A stretch of 64,000 bases of DNA from Candidatus Rokuibacteriota bacterium (GTDB taxonomy: Bacteria > Methylomirabilota > Methylomirabilia > Rokubacteriales > CSP1-6). The DNA lies in NCBI GenBank assembly GCA_016184305.1, contig JACPCX010000179.1, forward strand, positions 11,613 to 75,612. Direction: 5' to 3'. Each line of letters begins with the position of its first letter. The stretch's first letter is position 1. A program made the position numbers and the translations under genes. A model generated the notes under the pieces. It was not told the origin of the DNA. It did not search any database and was given only the letters and a program-made list of their open reading frames with translations. Below are positions 44,227-53,799 of the stretch, in pieces.

Positions 44227-44702
44227 CGCGTCGCGATGCGTCGGGCGTCCCCGCCGCGCTCAAGGCGCGGCTCGAGAGCGAGCCCTGGGCGCATGCGCTC
44301 GGCGTCGAGTTCGAGGAGATCGGCCCCGGCTACTGCCGGGTGGCGCTCACGCTGCAGCCGCATATGCTGAACTACCTGGGCTACCCTCACGGCGGGGTGA
44401 TCTTCTCCCTGGCCGATGTGGCCTTCGGCGCCGCCTGCAACTCTCACGGCGAAACCGCCGTCGCGCTCACCATGACCATCACCTTCCTGGCGACGGTGGC
44501 GCCGGGCTCCCGCCTCATCGCCGAGGGTCAGGAGCGCAGGCAGGGGCGGCGCGCGGGGTTCTACGACATCCGGGTCCGCACCGCCGGCGGCGCGCCCGTG
44601 GCATCCGTGAGCTGTCTCTCCCACCGGGTGACGAAACGAGCGGTGAGCCCGTGGAGCACGCAGTCACCTTCCACTGGGCCAGGCGCTACCCGTACCCCAT
44701 GA
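44223..44702 (+). CDS. PaaI-family hotdog-fold acyl-CoA thioesterase
   Basis: ATGA overlap with livF. HMLNYLGYPHGGVIFSLADVAFGAA matches the PaaI/4HBT-II signature. Confidence 0.75.
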   Translation: MTRRDASGVPAALKARLESEPWAHALGVEFEEIGPGYCRVALTLQPHMLNYLGYPHGGVIFSLADVAFGAACNSHGETAVALTMTITFLATVAPGSRLIAEGQERRQGRRAGFYDIRVRTAGGAPVASVSCLSHRVTKRAVSPWSTQSPSTGPGATRTP

Positions 44703-44742
44703 TACTCTTCCGCTCGGAAGCCCCCCCCGGCAGCATGGACGC

Positions 44743-44952
44743 TCCGATGAGGGCCGAAGGCCCGAAGAGGCCGAACCGCCACCCGTGATCCTCCACGTTC
44801 AACCGAGACAATCCGATGAGGGCCGAAGGCCCGAAGAGGCCGAACCGCCACCCGTGATCCTCCACGTTCAACCGAGACAATCCGATGAGGCCCGAAGGCC
44901 CGAAGAGGCCGAACCGCCACCCGTGATCCTCCACGTTCAACCGAGACGATAA
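44743..44952 (+). repeat. Family A structured repeat: three near-identical 69-nt tandem copies ending at the hyuA start codon
   Basis: Units start at 44743, 44812 and 44881 (period exactly 69). Only about 1 substitution plus a different 3' tail in the third copy. The array ends ...CGAGACGATAA followed by ATG. Confidence 0.95.
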
Positions 44953-47025
44953 ATGTCCCAGTACCGCATCGGGTTCGACGTCGGCGGAACGTTCACGGAC
45001 TTCGTGCTCCAGACGCCCACGGGCGATCTGCACACCGCCAAGCGGCTGACGACTTACCCCGATCCCTCGGAGGCCTGCCTCGCCGGCCTCGACGACGTGC
45101 TGGCTCGCGCGGACTGCGCCTGGGCGCAACTCGGACAGGCTGTCCACGGCACCACCATCGGGTCCAATCTGGTCATCGAGCGCAAGGGGCGCGATGTCGC
45201 GCTGATCACGACGCGGGGTTTCCGCGACGTGCTGATCATCGGGCGCTCCAAGCGGTACCAGGTCTACGACCTCCAGATCGAGAAGCCCAGGCCCCTCATC
45301 CCGCGCCGGCTGATCGCCGAGGTTCCAGAGCGCATGCTGGCGGACGGCGCGGTGCTCGAGGCGCTCGACGAGACCGAGGCCCGTCGGGTCATCCGCGCGC
45401 TGCTGGCGCGAGGAGTGAGGACGCTCGCGATATGCCTGCTCCACGCCTATGTCAATCCCGCCCACGAGCGACGCCTCGCCGAGCTCGTCGCCGAGGAGGC
45501 GCCGGGGATGGTCGTGAGCCTCTCCCACGAGGTGTCGCCGACCTTCAGGGAGTACGAGCGCACCAGCACGACGGTGGTCAACGCGTACATCATGGGCGCC
45601 ATCCGGGACTACCTGGCGAGCCTGCGCGGGGAGATGGGACGGCGCGGATACGCGGGGCGGCTGTTCATCATGCAGTCCTCGGGGGGCATCGCCACGGCCG
45701 AGGCCATGGAGCGCTACCCGGTGCGGATGATCGAGTCGGGGCCGGCGGCCGGCACGCTCATGGCGGCCGCCTACGGCGAGCTTGCGGGCCGGCGGGACCT
45801 GATCGCCTTCGACATGGGCGGAACGACGGCCAAGCTCGCGCTCGTCCATGGTGGCCGCCCGCTCATGACCTCGCTCTTCGAGCTCCACCGCGTGGGCGGG
45901 GCGGCCGGGAGCGGACTGCCCATGAACATCCAGGCCCTCGACCTGGTGGAGATCGGGGCAGGTGGAGGATCCATCGCCACGGCGCGGCTCGGCGTGGTCG
46001 CGGTGGGGCCGGAGAGCGCGTCGTCCACGCCCGGCCCGGCCTGCTACGCGCGAGGAGGGCTTCTGCCCACGGTCACGGATGCCAATCTGGTCCTGGGCTA
46101 CCTCAACCCCGACCGCTTCGCCGGCGGGACGATGACGCTCGACGTGGCGAACGCCCGGCGCGCCATCGAGGAGCGTGTCGCCCGACCCCTGGGCCTCACC
46201 CTCTCCGAGGCGGCGTGGGGGATCCATCTGGTGGTCAACAGCAATATGGAGCTTGCGACGCGCGTGGTGTCCATCGAGCGGGGGCATGACCCCCGCGACC
46301 TCACGCTGGTCGCCTTTGGCGGCTCGGGGCCTGTCCACGGCTGCCGGCTCGCCCAGGCCCTCCGGATCCCGCGGGCCATCTTGCCGGCGGCCGCAGGGGT
46401 GACGGCGGCGCTGGGGCTCTTGTCGGCCGAGGTCAAGTTCGACGTGGCCCGGAGCTACGTGCGGCGGCTCGACGCCGTGGATCTCCGCCACCTCAACACC
46501 ATCTACGGCGACATGGAGGCCCAGGCGCTCCAGGTGGTCCGCCAGTCCGCGGTGGAAGGGGAGATGGCGATACAGCGGACCGCCGACCTGCGCTACGTGG
46601 GGCAGGGGTACGAGCTCAACGTGCCGGTGCCGCCGGGCATGCTGGACGAGCGTGAGCTCGCGAGGGTCCGAGAGGCCTTCGACGAGGCCTACCAGGTGCG
46701 CTACGGCGTGGCGGCCCCTCGCGAGCCGGTCGAGGCGGTGACCTGGAAGCTGACCGGCCTGGGCGCCGGACCCCGGCTCACGCTGGCGCCCGCGCCGCGC
46801 ATGGGGCGCGCGGACGTGGCGCTCGCCGGCCGGCGCCAGGCCTACTTCCCCGAGAAGGCCGGCTACGTCGACACACCGGTATACGACCGCTACCGCCTCC
46901 CGGCGGGCGCCGAGATCGCGGGGCCGGCCATCGTGGAGGAGCGGGAGTCCACCACGGTGCTTCCGCCGGGCTGCGGCGCCCGGGTGGACGACTGGGGCAG
47001 CCTCATCGTGGAGGTGGGCTCGTGA
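44953..47025 (+). CDS. hyuA: hydantoinase/oxoprolinase family protein, A (beta-type) subunit
   Basis: YRIGFDVGGTFTDFV N-terminus and a second ATPase-fold motif AFDMGGTTAK. 690 aa. Confidence 0.88.
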   Translation: MSQYRIGFDVGGTFTDFVLQTPTGDLHTAKRLTTYPDPSEACLAGLDDVLARADCAWAQLGQAVHGTTIGSNLVIERKGRDVALITTRGFRDVLIIGRSKRYQVYDLQIEKPRPLIPRRLIAEVPERMLADGAVLEALDETEARRVIRALLARGVRTLAICLLHAYVNPAHERRLAELVAEEAPGMVVSLSHEVSPTFREYERTSTTVVNAYIMGAIRDYLASLRGEMGRRGYAGRLFIMQSSGGIATAEAMERYPVRMIESGPAAGTLMAAAYGELAGRRDLIAFDMGGTTAKLALVHGGRPLMTSLFELHRVGGAAGSGLPMNIQALDLVEIGAGGGSIATARLGVVAVGPESASSTPGPACYARGGLLPTVTDANLVLGYLNPDRFAGGTMTLDVANARRAIEERVARPLGLTLSEAAWGIHLVVNSNMELATRVVSIERGHDPRDLTLVAFGGSGPVHGCRLAQALRIPRAILPAAAGVTAALGLLSAEVKFDVARSYVRRLDAVDLRHLNTIYGDMEAQALQVVRQSAVEGEMAIQRTADLRYVGQGYELNVPVPPGMLDERELARVREAFDEAYQVRYGVAAPREPVEAVTWKLTGLGAGPRLTLAPAPRMGRADVALAGRRQAYFPEKAGYVDTPVYDRYRLPAGAEIAGPAIVEERESTTVLPPGCGARVDDWGSLIVEVGS

Positions 47026-48740
47026 CGGTGGCCGTGAACCCGCTGACGCTGTCGGTGATCTGGGGAGCGCTCCAGTCCATCGCCGTCGAGATCGGCACCA
47101 CGGTCCACAAGACCGCCTACTCCGAGCAGGCGCGCGAGGGACAGGACTTCTCGGTCGCGGTCTTCGATCCCCGGGGACGGATGGTGGCCCAGGGCCCGTA
47201 CAGCCCGGGCCACATGGGCGCCATGTCCTTCGCCGTGAAGAACGCGCTCGCCGTTCACCCGGTCGAGACGCTCAGGCCGGGGGATGCCATCCTGCTCAAT
47301 GACCCGCTCCTTGGCTCGGGCCACTTCCCCGACTTCTTCATCACGCAGCCGGCCTTCCTGGACGGGCGGCTCATCGGCTTCGTGGTCAATATCCTCCACC
47401 ACACGGACGTCGGAGGCCAGCGGCCGGGTAGCCAGGGGGTGGTGGGGATCTTCGACTACTACCAGGAGGGCTTGCGGATCACGCCCACCAAGGCCTGGAG
47501 CGAGTACCGGGAGAACGAGGCCGTGGTGGGCATCATTGCCGCCAATACGCGAACCCCCGAAAAGGTGCTGGGCGATCTCCGCGCTCAGCGGAGCGCGCTT
47601 CGCGTGGGCGAGCAGCGCCTCGTGGAGCTGGCCGAGCGCTACGGGTCCGATACGCTCGTCGCGGCCATGGAGGAGATTCTCAGCCGAACCGAGTCAAGCA
47701 TGCGATCGGCCATCCAGAACATCCCGGATGGCGTCTATGCGTTCGAGGACTTCATGGACGACTACGGGCCTGGGACGCCGCCGGTCCGGGTGGCGGTGAC
47801 GGTGACGGTCCAGGGAGACGATCTGCTGGTGGACTTTGCGGGCTCCAGCCCTCAGACGCCTTCGGGACTCAACTCCTATATCAACTACACCCGCTCTTAC
47901 TCCTACGCCGCCATCAAGTGCCTCACCGATCCCCTGGGGCCCATGAACGAGGGCGCACTCCGGCCGATCCGCGTCGAAGCCCCGCTCGGCTCGTTCCTGA
48001 ATCCCCGCCCTCCCGCGGGCGGAGGGCCTCGGGCCGTCATCTGCTACCGGATCTTCGAGGCGGTGATCGGGGCCCTGGCCTCAGCCTTGCCCGACCGTGT
48101 GGCCGCGGCCTCGTCCCACATGGCGAACCCGACATTCGGCGGCTACGACCCCGCGCGAAAGCGGCGCTTCGTGGCCTACGAGCTGGTGCTGGGGGGCACG
48201 GGGGCGAGAGCCGGGAGGGACGGGGTGGAGGCCATGTGCGCGGCCTTCAACGCCTCCAACATCCCCGTGGAGGCGCAGGAGCAGAACCATCCGATCATCG
48301 TGGAACGCTTCGAGCTCATCCCCGACTCGGCGGGGCCGGGCAGGTTCCGAGGCGGCTGCGGCATCCGGCGGGACATGAAGTTCCTGGCCGAGGACGGCAA
48401 GCTCACCAACCTCTCCGAGCGGCAGCGCTTCGCCCCGTGGGGGCTGTTCGGGGGAAAGAGCGGACGCCTCGCCCGGACCGTGGTCAATCCCGGTGCCGGC
48501 GAGCGCGTGGTGCACGGGAAGACCTCCGAGGACTTCGACTGCGGTGACGTGATCTCGTTCCAGCTCTCGGGCTCCGGCGGGTACGGCAATCCCCTCGAGC
48601 GCGACCCGGCGCGCGTGCTGGACGACGTGCTGGACGGCTACGTGAGTCTCGAGCAGGCGCGGACCGGGTACGGCGTGGTGATCGATCCGGCGACGATGGC
48701 GCTGGACGCGAGGGCGACGGAGGTGCTGAGAGATGGCTAA
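47022..48740 (+). CDS. hyuB: hydantoinase B/oxoprolinase family protein
   Basis: 4-nt overlap with hyuA. NPLTLSVIWGALQSIAVEIG and NDPLLGSGHFPD motifs. Confidence 0.88.
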   Translation: MTVAVNPLTLSVIWGALQSIAVEIGTTVHKTAYSEQAREGQDFSVAVFDPRGRMVAQGPYSPGHMGAMSFAVKNALAVHPVETLRPGDAILLNDPLLGSGHFPDFFITQPAFLDGRLIGFVVNILHHTDVGGQRPGSQGVVGIFDYYQEGLRITPTKAWSEYRENEAVVGIIAANTRTPEKVLGDLRAQRSALRVGEQRLVELAERYGSDTLVAAMEEILSRTESSMRSAIQNIPDGVYAFEDFMDDYGPGTPPVRVAVTVTVQGDDLLVDFAGSSPQTPSGLNSYINYTRSYSYAAIKCLTDPLGPMNEGALRPIRVEAPLGSFLNPRPPAGGGPRAVICYRIFEAVIGALASALPDRVAAASSHMANPTFGGYDPARKRRFVAYELVLGGTGARAGRDGVEAMCAAFNASNIPVEAQEQNHPIIVERFELIPDSAGPGRFRGGCGIRRDMKFLAEDGKLTNLSERQRFAPWGLFGGKSGRLARTVVNPGAGERVVHGKTSEDFDCGDVISFQLSGSGGYGNPLERDPARVLDDVLDGYVSLEQARTGYGVVIDPATMALDARATEVLRDG

Positions 48741-48971
48741 TCTCTGGCGGACCGGGCTCCTGGGGGCGGTGGCGGCGGCTTCCTCGGGCTCGCGGGGCCG
48801 GCCCCGGCCGCGGAGGACAGGCCGCGCCAGGGTGGCGAGCTGCTCTTCATCATGCCGGCGGCCGACCCGCCGTCCTACGACGCCCACCGCGAGGACACCG
48901 TCGCGGTGATCCAGGCGGCGGCCCCTCACCACCTCAACCATCAGCCGGACACTGTCTGGCTGGCCGAGTAG
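48734..48971 (+). pseudogene. remnant of an ABC substrate-binding protein gene (family 5-like N-terminus), frameshifted and truncated
   Basis: Signal-like MANLWRTGLLGAVAAA lies in one frame. AEDRPRQGGELLFIMPAADPPSYDAHREDTVAVIQ lies in another and stops at TAG 48969-48971 after about 75 codons. Confidence 0.35.
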
Positions 48972-48983
48972 GAGGTTCGCTCC

Positions 48984-49442
48984 ATGACGTACCAGCCACG
49001 CGGCCGGCACTTCGAGGACTTCAAGGTCGGCGAGGTCATCGAGACCTCCGCCCGCACCATCAACCCCGCCGATGTCACCCTCTTCGCGGGGCTCTCTGGG
49101 GACTACAACCCGCTCCACACCGACGAGGAGACGGCGAAGAGGACGCCCTTCGGCTCCCGCATCGCCCACGGCATGCTGACGGTATCCATCTCCACGGGGC
49201 AGCAGAACCTCACGGGCCTCTTCGAGGGCACGACGCTGGCGCTGCTCGGGATGGACAGGCTGCGCTTCACCGGTCCGGTGAAGTTCGGCGACACGATCCA
49301 CACCGAGATGACGGTGCGCGAGGTGAAGGAGTCGTCCAGGCCCGACCGGGGCACGGTGCTGCTGGACGTGGCCGTCAAGAACCAGCGCGGCGACACCGTC
49401 GCCACCTGGGACCAGGCGGTCCTGATGCGGAGGAGAGGCTAA
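48984..49442 (+). CDS. MaoC-like (R)-specific enoyl-CoA hydratase / dehydratase
   Basis: AGGAGG RBS. FAGLSGDYNPLHTDEE hydratase-2 motif. Confidence 0.85.
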   Translation: MTYQPRGRHFEDFKVGEVIETSARTINPADVTLFAGLSGDYNPLHTDEETAKRTPFGSRIAHGMLTVSISTGQQNLTGLFEGTTLALLGMDRLRFTGPVKFGDTIHTEMTVREVKESSRPDRGTVLLDVAVKNQRGDTVATWDQAVLMRRRG

Positions 49443-50075
49443 TGCGCTTCAACGGGAAGGTCGTGCTGGTCACGGGAGCGGGGGCCGGCATCGGCGAGGC
49501 GACGTCACGGCGGTTCGCGCTGGAGGGCGCCCGGGTCGCGGTCAACGACGCCAACGCGGCCGGGGCGGAGCGCGTGGCGAAGGAGATCGGCGGCGAGGCC
49601 ATGGCGGTGCCCGGGGACGTCACGAAGACGGCGGAGGTCGCGGCCATGGTGACGCGGGTTGAACGTGAACCTGAAGGGCACCTTCCTTCCCGCGCAGGCC
49701 GTCCTGCCGGGGATGCGGGAGCGCGGGTGGGGGCGCGTCATCACGACGTCCTCCATCGGCTCGCTGGGCAATATCGGCCAGGCCAACTACGCCGCGTCCA
49801 AGGCAGGGGTGATCGGGCTCACCAAGACGCTGGCGCTCGAGTACGCGAAGTACGGCGTCACGGTGAACTGCATCGCGCCCGGCGCCACCATGACGAGCAT
49901 GCTGGCGGGGGTGCCCGACAAGATCAAGGAACAGATCATCGCCAAGATCCCGGTGGGGCGCATCGCCGACCCCTCGGAGATCGCCGCCGTGCACTGCTTC
50001 CTGGCCTCCGACGAGGCGGCCTTCATCACGGGGCAGGTGCTCTTCGTCGACGGCGGCATGACCGTCGGGATATAG
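49442..50075 (+). pseudogene. short-chain dehydrogenase/reductase (FabG-like) with an internal deletion and frameshift
   Basis: N-part GKVVLVTGAGAGIGEA ends about 49655. C-part VNLKGTF...YAASKAG...FVDGG continues in another frame (49659..50075). The NNAG-motif region is absent. Confidence 0.7.
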
Positions 50076-50087
50076 GGGGACACTCCT

Positions 50088-51283
50088 ATGCGCAAGGTGG
50101 CGCTGGTGGGAGCGGGCGTGACGAAGTTCGGGGTCCGCAAGGCGACCTATCGCGATCTCATCTGGGAGGCCGGCAAGGCCTGCTTCGACTCGGTGCCGTC
50201 GGTCAAGCCGCGCGACCTCGAGGGTCTCGTGGTCGGCTCGGTGATGCCCGAGCGCACGGCGTTCCAGAGTCACATCTCCTCGCTCGCCGCCGAGGCCCTC
50301 GGGATCACGCCCAGCGCGCTGTCGGCGCGCACCGAGCACATGTGCGCCTCGGGCACCGTCGGCATCCGCTACGCCTATGCCTTCATCGCCGCCGGGCTCG
50401 CCGACCTGGTGATGGTCCTCGGCGTCGAGAAGCTCAATCAGCCGGCCGCGGAGGAGGCCATCCTCAACATGGGCACAGGCGTGGACCGCGACTGGGAGGC
50501 CTGCTACGGACTGACGGCGCCACCCTGCTTCGCGCTGGCGGCCCAGAAGCACATGGCGCAGTACGGCACCACGGAGGAGCAGCTGGGCCTCGTGGGCGTC
50601 AAGAACCACGCCCATGCCAGCAAGAACCCGAATGCCCACTTCCAGAAGGGGGTCACGCTGGAGCAGGTGATGGGCTCGCGGATGATCGCCTCGCCGCTCC
50701 GGCTCTTCATGTGCTCCCCCATCACGGACGGGGCTGCCGCGGTGATCCTCGCCTCCGAGGAGCGGGCCCGGGACCTCACGGACTGCCCCGTGTGGATCCT
50801 TGGCACGGGTCAGGCGCTGGACGGCTTCACGCTCACCTCGCTGCATGAGGACTATGCCCACTGGCCCGCCATGAAGCGGGCGTCGCAGTCGGCCTATCGC
50901 ATGGCAGGCATCGGCCCCGCGGATGTGGACCTGGCCGAGGTGCACGACTGCTTCGCGATTGCCGAGATCATCGCCTACGAGGAGCTGGGCTTCTGCCAGA
51001 AGGGCGAGGGCGGGCCCTTCGTGGCAACGGGGCGCTCCGACTATGGTGGGGATGTGGTGGTGAACCCGGTGGGGATGTGGTGGTGAACCCGAGAGGCGGG
51101 CTCATGGGCTGCGGCCACCCACTCGGGGCCACGGGCGTGGCCCAGGCCGCCGAGGTCTACGCCCAGCTCCGTGGCGAGGCGGGGCCGCGCCAGGTGGCCG
51201 ACGCCGCGATCGGGCTCACCCACAACAATAGCGGGATGGGGGAGCACGTGGTGATGATCTATGGCCGCGAGGCCGCGTCATGA
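50088..51283 (+). pseudogene. thiolase-like (SCP-x/archaeal type) acetyl-CoA C-acyltransferase, frameshifted by a 23-bp tandem duplication
   Basis: Active-site region EHMCASG. ORF 50088..51086 stops right after the duplication. The C-terminal [17 protein letters not shown]... continues in ORF 51077..51283. Confidence 0.7.
51045..51090 (+). repeat. perfect 23-bp tandem duplication (GGTGGGGATGTGGTGGTGAACCC x2)
   Basis: 51045-51067 is identical to 51068-51090. Confidence 0.95.
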
Positions 51284-51720
51284 GCTACTTCCGCGCCACC
51301 GACCCGTTTCCGCTCGAGTCGGCGGACCAGAACAAGCTGCACGAGTTCTACGAGTACCTGGCAGCCAACCGCCTGGTGACGACCGCGTGCCGGCACTGCC
51401 GGCGGCTGTCCTGGCCACCGCGCGGCTTCTGTCCCGAGTGTGTGTCCGACGACATCGAGTGGGTGGACCTGCCCCACGACGGGACCGTGCACGGCTTCAG
51501 CGTCCAGGAAACCGGAGTACCGGCAGGCTTCCAGGCGCCGATCTGCTTCGCCATCGTGAAGGTCGGCGGGCTCCGGATCTTTGGCCCCATCCTGGGGGCG
51601 GACCCGGCGACGCTCCGCGTCGGCGCGACGGTCCGCTTCGACCCGATTCGCGTGGCGGACGATTCCAGGGGCGGCGCGCGGCACCTCGTGGCCTTCCGGT
51701 CCGCGGCGAGCGACGCATGA
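51280..51720 (+). CDS. Zn-ribbon / OB-fold protein (DUF35), the usual partner of SCP-x type thiolases
   Basis: ATGA overlap with the thiolase. [18 protein letters not shown] rubredoxin-like zinc ribbon. Confidence 0.8.
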   Translation: MSYFRATDPFPLESADQNKLHEFYEYLAANRLVTTACRHCRRLSWPPRGFCPECVSDDIEWVDLPHDGTVHGFSVQETGVPAGFQAPICFAIVKVGGLRIFGPILGADPATLRVGATVRFDPIRVADDSRGGARHLVAFRSAASDA

Positions 51721-52130
51721 GACCGCTCAAGGTCCTGGTCGCGAAGCCCGGGCTCGACGGTCACGACCGGGGAGCCAAGGTGGTGGCCCAGGCCCTTCGG
51801 GACGCGGGGATGGAGGTGATCTACACGGGACTCAAGCGCAGCCCCGAGGAGATCGTGGCCGGGGCGGTGCAGGAGGACGTGGACGTCGTGGGGCTCTCCA
51901 TCCTGTCGGGGGCGCACACCCTGCTCTGCGAGCGGGTGGTCCGCGGGCTCAGGGCCGCGGGGGCCGGGGGCATCAGGGTCGCGGTGGGCGGCACCATCCC
52001 TCAGGCCGAGGTGGCGACACTGCAGGCGGCAGGCGCATGGGCCGTGTTCCCCATGGGGACGCCGCTGCCCGCGATCGTCGAGGCATTCCAGCAACTCGGC
52101 CCGGCTGCGGATCCGGCCGCCACCCGCTGA
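51717..52130 (+). CDS. cobalamin-binding small subunit of an acyl-CoA mutase (methylmalonyl-CoA mutase C-terminal domain family)
   Basis: ATGA overlap with the DUF35 gene. KPGLDGHDRGAKVV carries the DxHxxG B12-binding motif. Confidence 0.85.
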   Translation: MRPLKVLVAKPGLDGHDRGAKVVAQALRDAGMEVIYTGLKRSPEEIVAGAVQEDVDVVGLSILSGAHTLLCERVVRGLRAAGAGGIRVAVGGTIPQAEVATLQAAGAWAVFPMGTPLPAIVEAFQQLGPAADPAATR

Positions 52131-52141
52131 GGAGGATGCAC

Positions 52142-53755
52142 ATGGCGAGGGAGAAGAAGATCACGGACGTGGTGCTGCACTCGGGGCTCCCCGTGAAGCC
52201 GGTATACGGCCCCGTGGATCTCGCCGGCTTCGATCCGGCCCGCGAGCTCGGCGCGCCGGGCGAGTACCCCTTCACGCGCGGGATCCATCCGGAGATGTAC
52301 CGAGCGCGGTTGTGGACGATGCGCCAGTACGTCGGCTTCGGGACGCCGGGAGAGACCAACGGCCGCTTCAAGTACCTGATGGCCCATGGACAGGATGCCC
52401 TGAACGTGGCCTTCGATCTGCCGACCCAGCTCGGGCTCGACTCCGACGACCCCCGCGCTGCGGGTGAGGTCGGGCGCGTGGGCATGGCCATCGACAGCCT
52501 GGCCGACATGGAGGAGGCCTTCGATGGCATCGCCGCCGACCGCGTGAGCGTGTCCTTCACCATCAACTCCGTGGCCGCCATCATCCAGGCCATGTACATG
52601 GTCGTCGCCGAGAAGCAGGGAATCGGCTGGGACCGCATCGTGACCACGCCGCAGAACGACATCCTGAAGGAGTTCGTGGCGCGCGGCACCTGGGTGTACC
52701 CGGTGGAGCCCTCGCTGCGGCTCGTGGCCGATCTCGCCGAGTTCTGCGCCCGGCGCGCGCCGCGCGTCAACCCCATCTCCGTCTGCGGCTACCACATCCG
52801 GGAGGCCGGCTGCACCCCGGCGCAGGAGATGGCCTATGGGCTCGCCATCGTGGCGGCCTACACGGAGCTGCTCCTTCGCCGCGGGCTCGACGTGGACGAC
52901 TTCGCGCCGCGGCTGTCGTTCAACTTCACCTGCTGGGGGAAGATCTTCGAGGAGGTGGCGAAGTTCCGGGCCGGCCGCCGGCTCTACGCCCGGATGATGA
53001 AGGAGCGCTTCGGCGCGAGGAACCCCAAGAGCATGATGTTCCGCTCGCTGATCGGCGGCGGGGGCTCGGCCTTCACCGTGCAGGAGCCGGAGAACAACAT
53101 CGTCCGCGGCGCCTATCTCGCGCTGACGGCGGCGCTCTCGGGCGCCCAGACCATGGCACTGCCCACCTACGACGAGGCCTACACCATCCCGTCGTCGAAG
53201 GCCCAGCTCATCGCCCTCCGGACGATGCAGATCTGCGCCGAGGAGAGCGGGGTCGCGGACACGGTGGATCCGCTGGGCGGCTCGTACTACGTCGAGGCGC
53301 TGACCACCGAGATGGAGCGGAAGATCCTGGAAGAGATGGCCCACGTGGAGACGCTCGGCGGCATCGTCGAGGCGGTCAAGTCCGGGGCGATCCAGGCCGA
53401 GGTCGCCCGCCAGGCGTACCTCTTCGAGCAGAAGCTCCTGTCGGGCGAGATCCCCAAGGTCGCCGTCAATCGCCACGTCGCGCCCGGCGCCGAGAGCCAG
53501 GGCCGGGATCTCGAGCTCTATCGCGTCGATCCCCGCGCCGCCGAGGCGCAGCTGGCCACGCTCGAGCGGCTCAGGCGGGAGCGCGACCCCCGCGCGGTAT
53601 CCCGGGCCCTGTCGCGGCTGCGAGACGAGGCCCGGGGCCCGGGAAATCTCATGGAGCCCATCCTCGACGCGGTACGTGCCTACGCGACGCTTGGTGAGAT
53701 GGCGGGCGCGCTCAAGGAGGTCTTCGGCGAGCACAAGGAGCCGGTGAGGTTCTGA
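52142..53755 (+). CDS. acyl-CoA mutase large (catalytic, TIM-barrel) subunit
   Basis: GAGGAGG RBS. YPFTRGIHPEMYRARLWTMRQYVGFGT and NVAFDLPTQLGLDSD are typical of the methylmalonyl-CoA mutase family. Confidence 0.88.
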   Translation: MAREKKITDVVLHSGLPVKPVYGPVDLAGFDPARELGAPGEYPFTRGIHPEMYRARLWTMRQYVGFGTPGETNGRFKYLMAHGQDALNVAFDLPTQLGLDSDDPRAAGEVGRVGMAIDSLADMEEAFDGIAADRVSVSFTINSVAAIIQAMYMVVAEKQGIGWDRIVTTPQNDILKEFVARGTWVYPVEPSLRLVADLAEFCARRAPRVNPISVCGYHIREAGCTPAQEMAYGLAIVAAYTELLLRRGLDVDDFAPRLSFNFTCWGKIFEEVAKFRAGRRLYARMMKERFGARNPKSMMFRSLIGGGGSAFTVQEPENNIVRGAYLALTAALSGAQTMALPTYDEAYTIPSSKAQLIALRTMQICAEESGVADTVDPLGGSYYVEALTTEMERKILEEMAHVETLGGIVEAVKSGAIQAEVARQAYLFEQKLLSGEIPKVAVNRHVAPGAESQGRDLELYRVDPRAAEAQLATLERLRRERDPRAVSRALSRLRDEARGPGNLMEPILDAVRAYATLGEMAGALKEVFGEHKEPVRF

Positions 53756-53799
53756 CGCATGTCGCTCTTCTCGGGTGTGCGCGCGGAGAAGGTAGCCCT

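Noticed and set aside
44743-44952. Possible CRISPR array, given regularly spaced direct repeats.
   Set aside because: The repeats are contiguous with no unique spacers, and no cas genes are present in the window.
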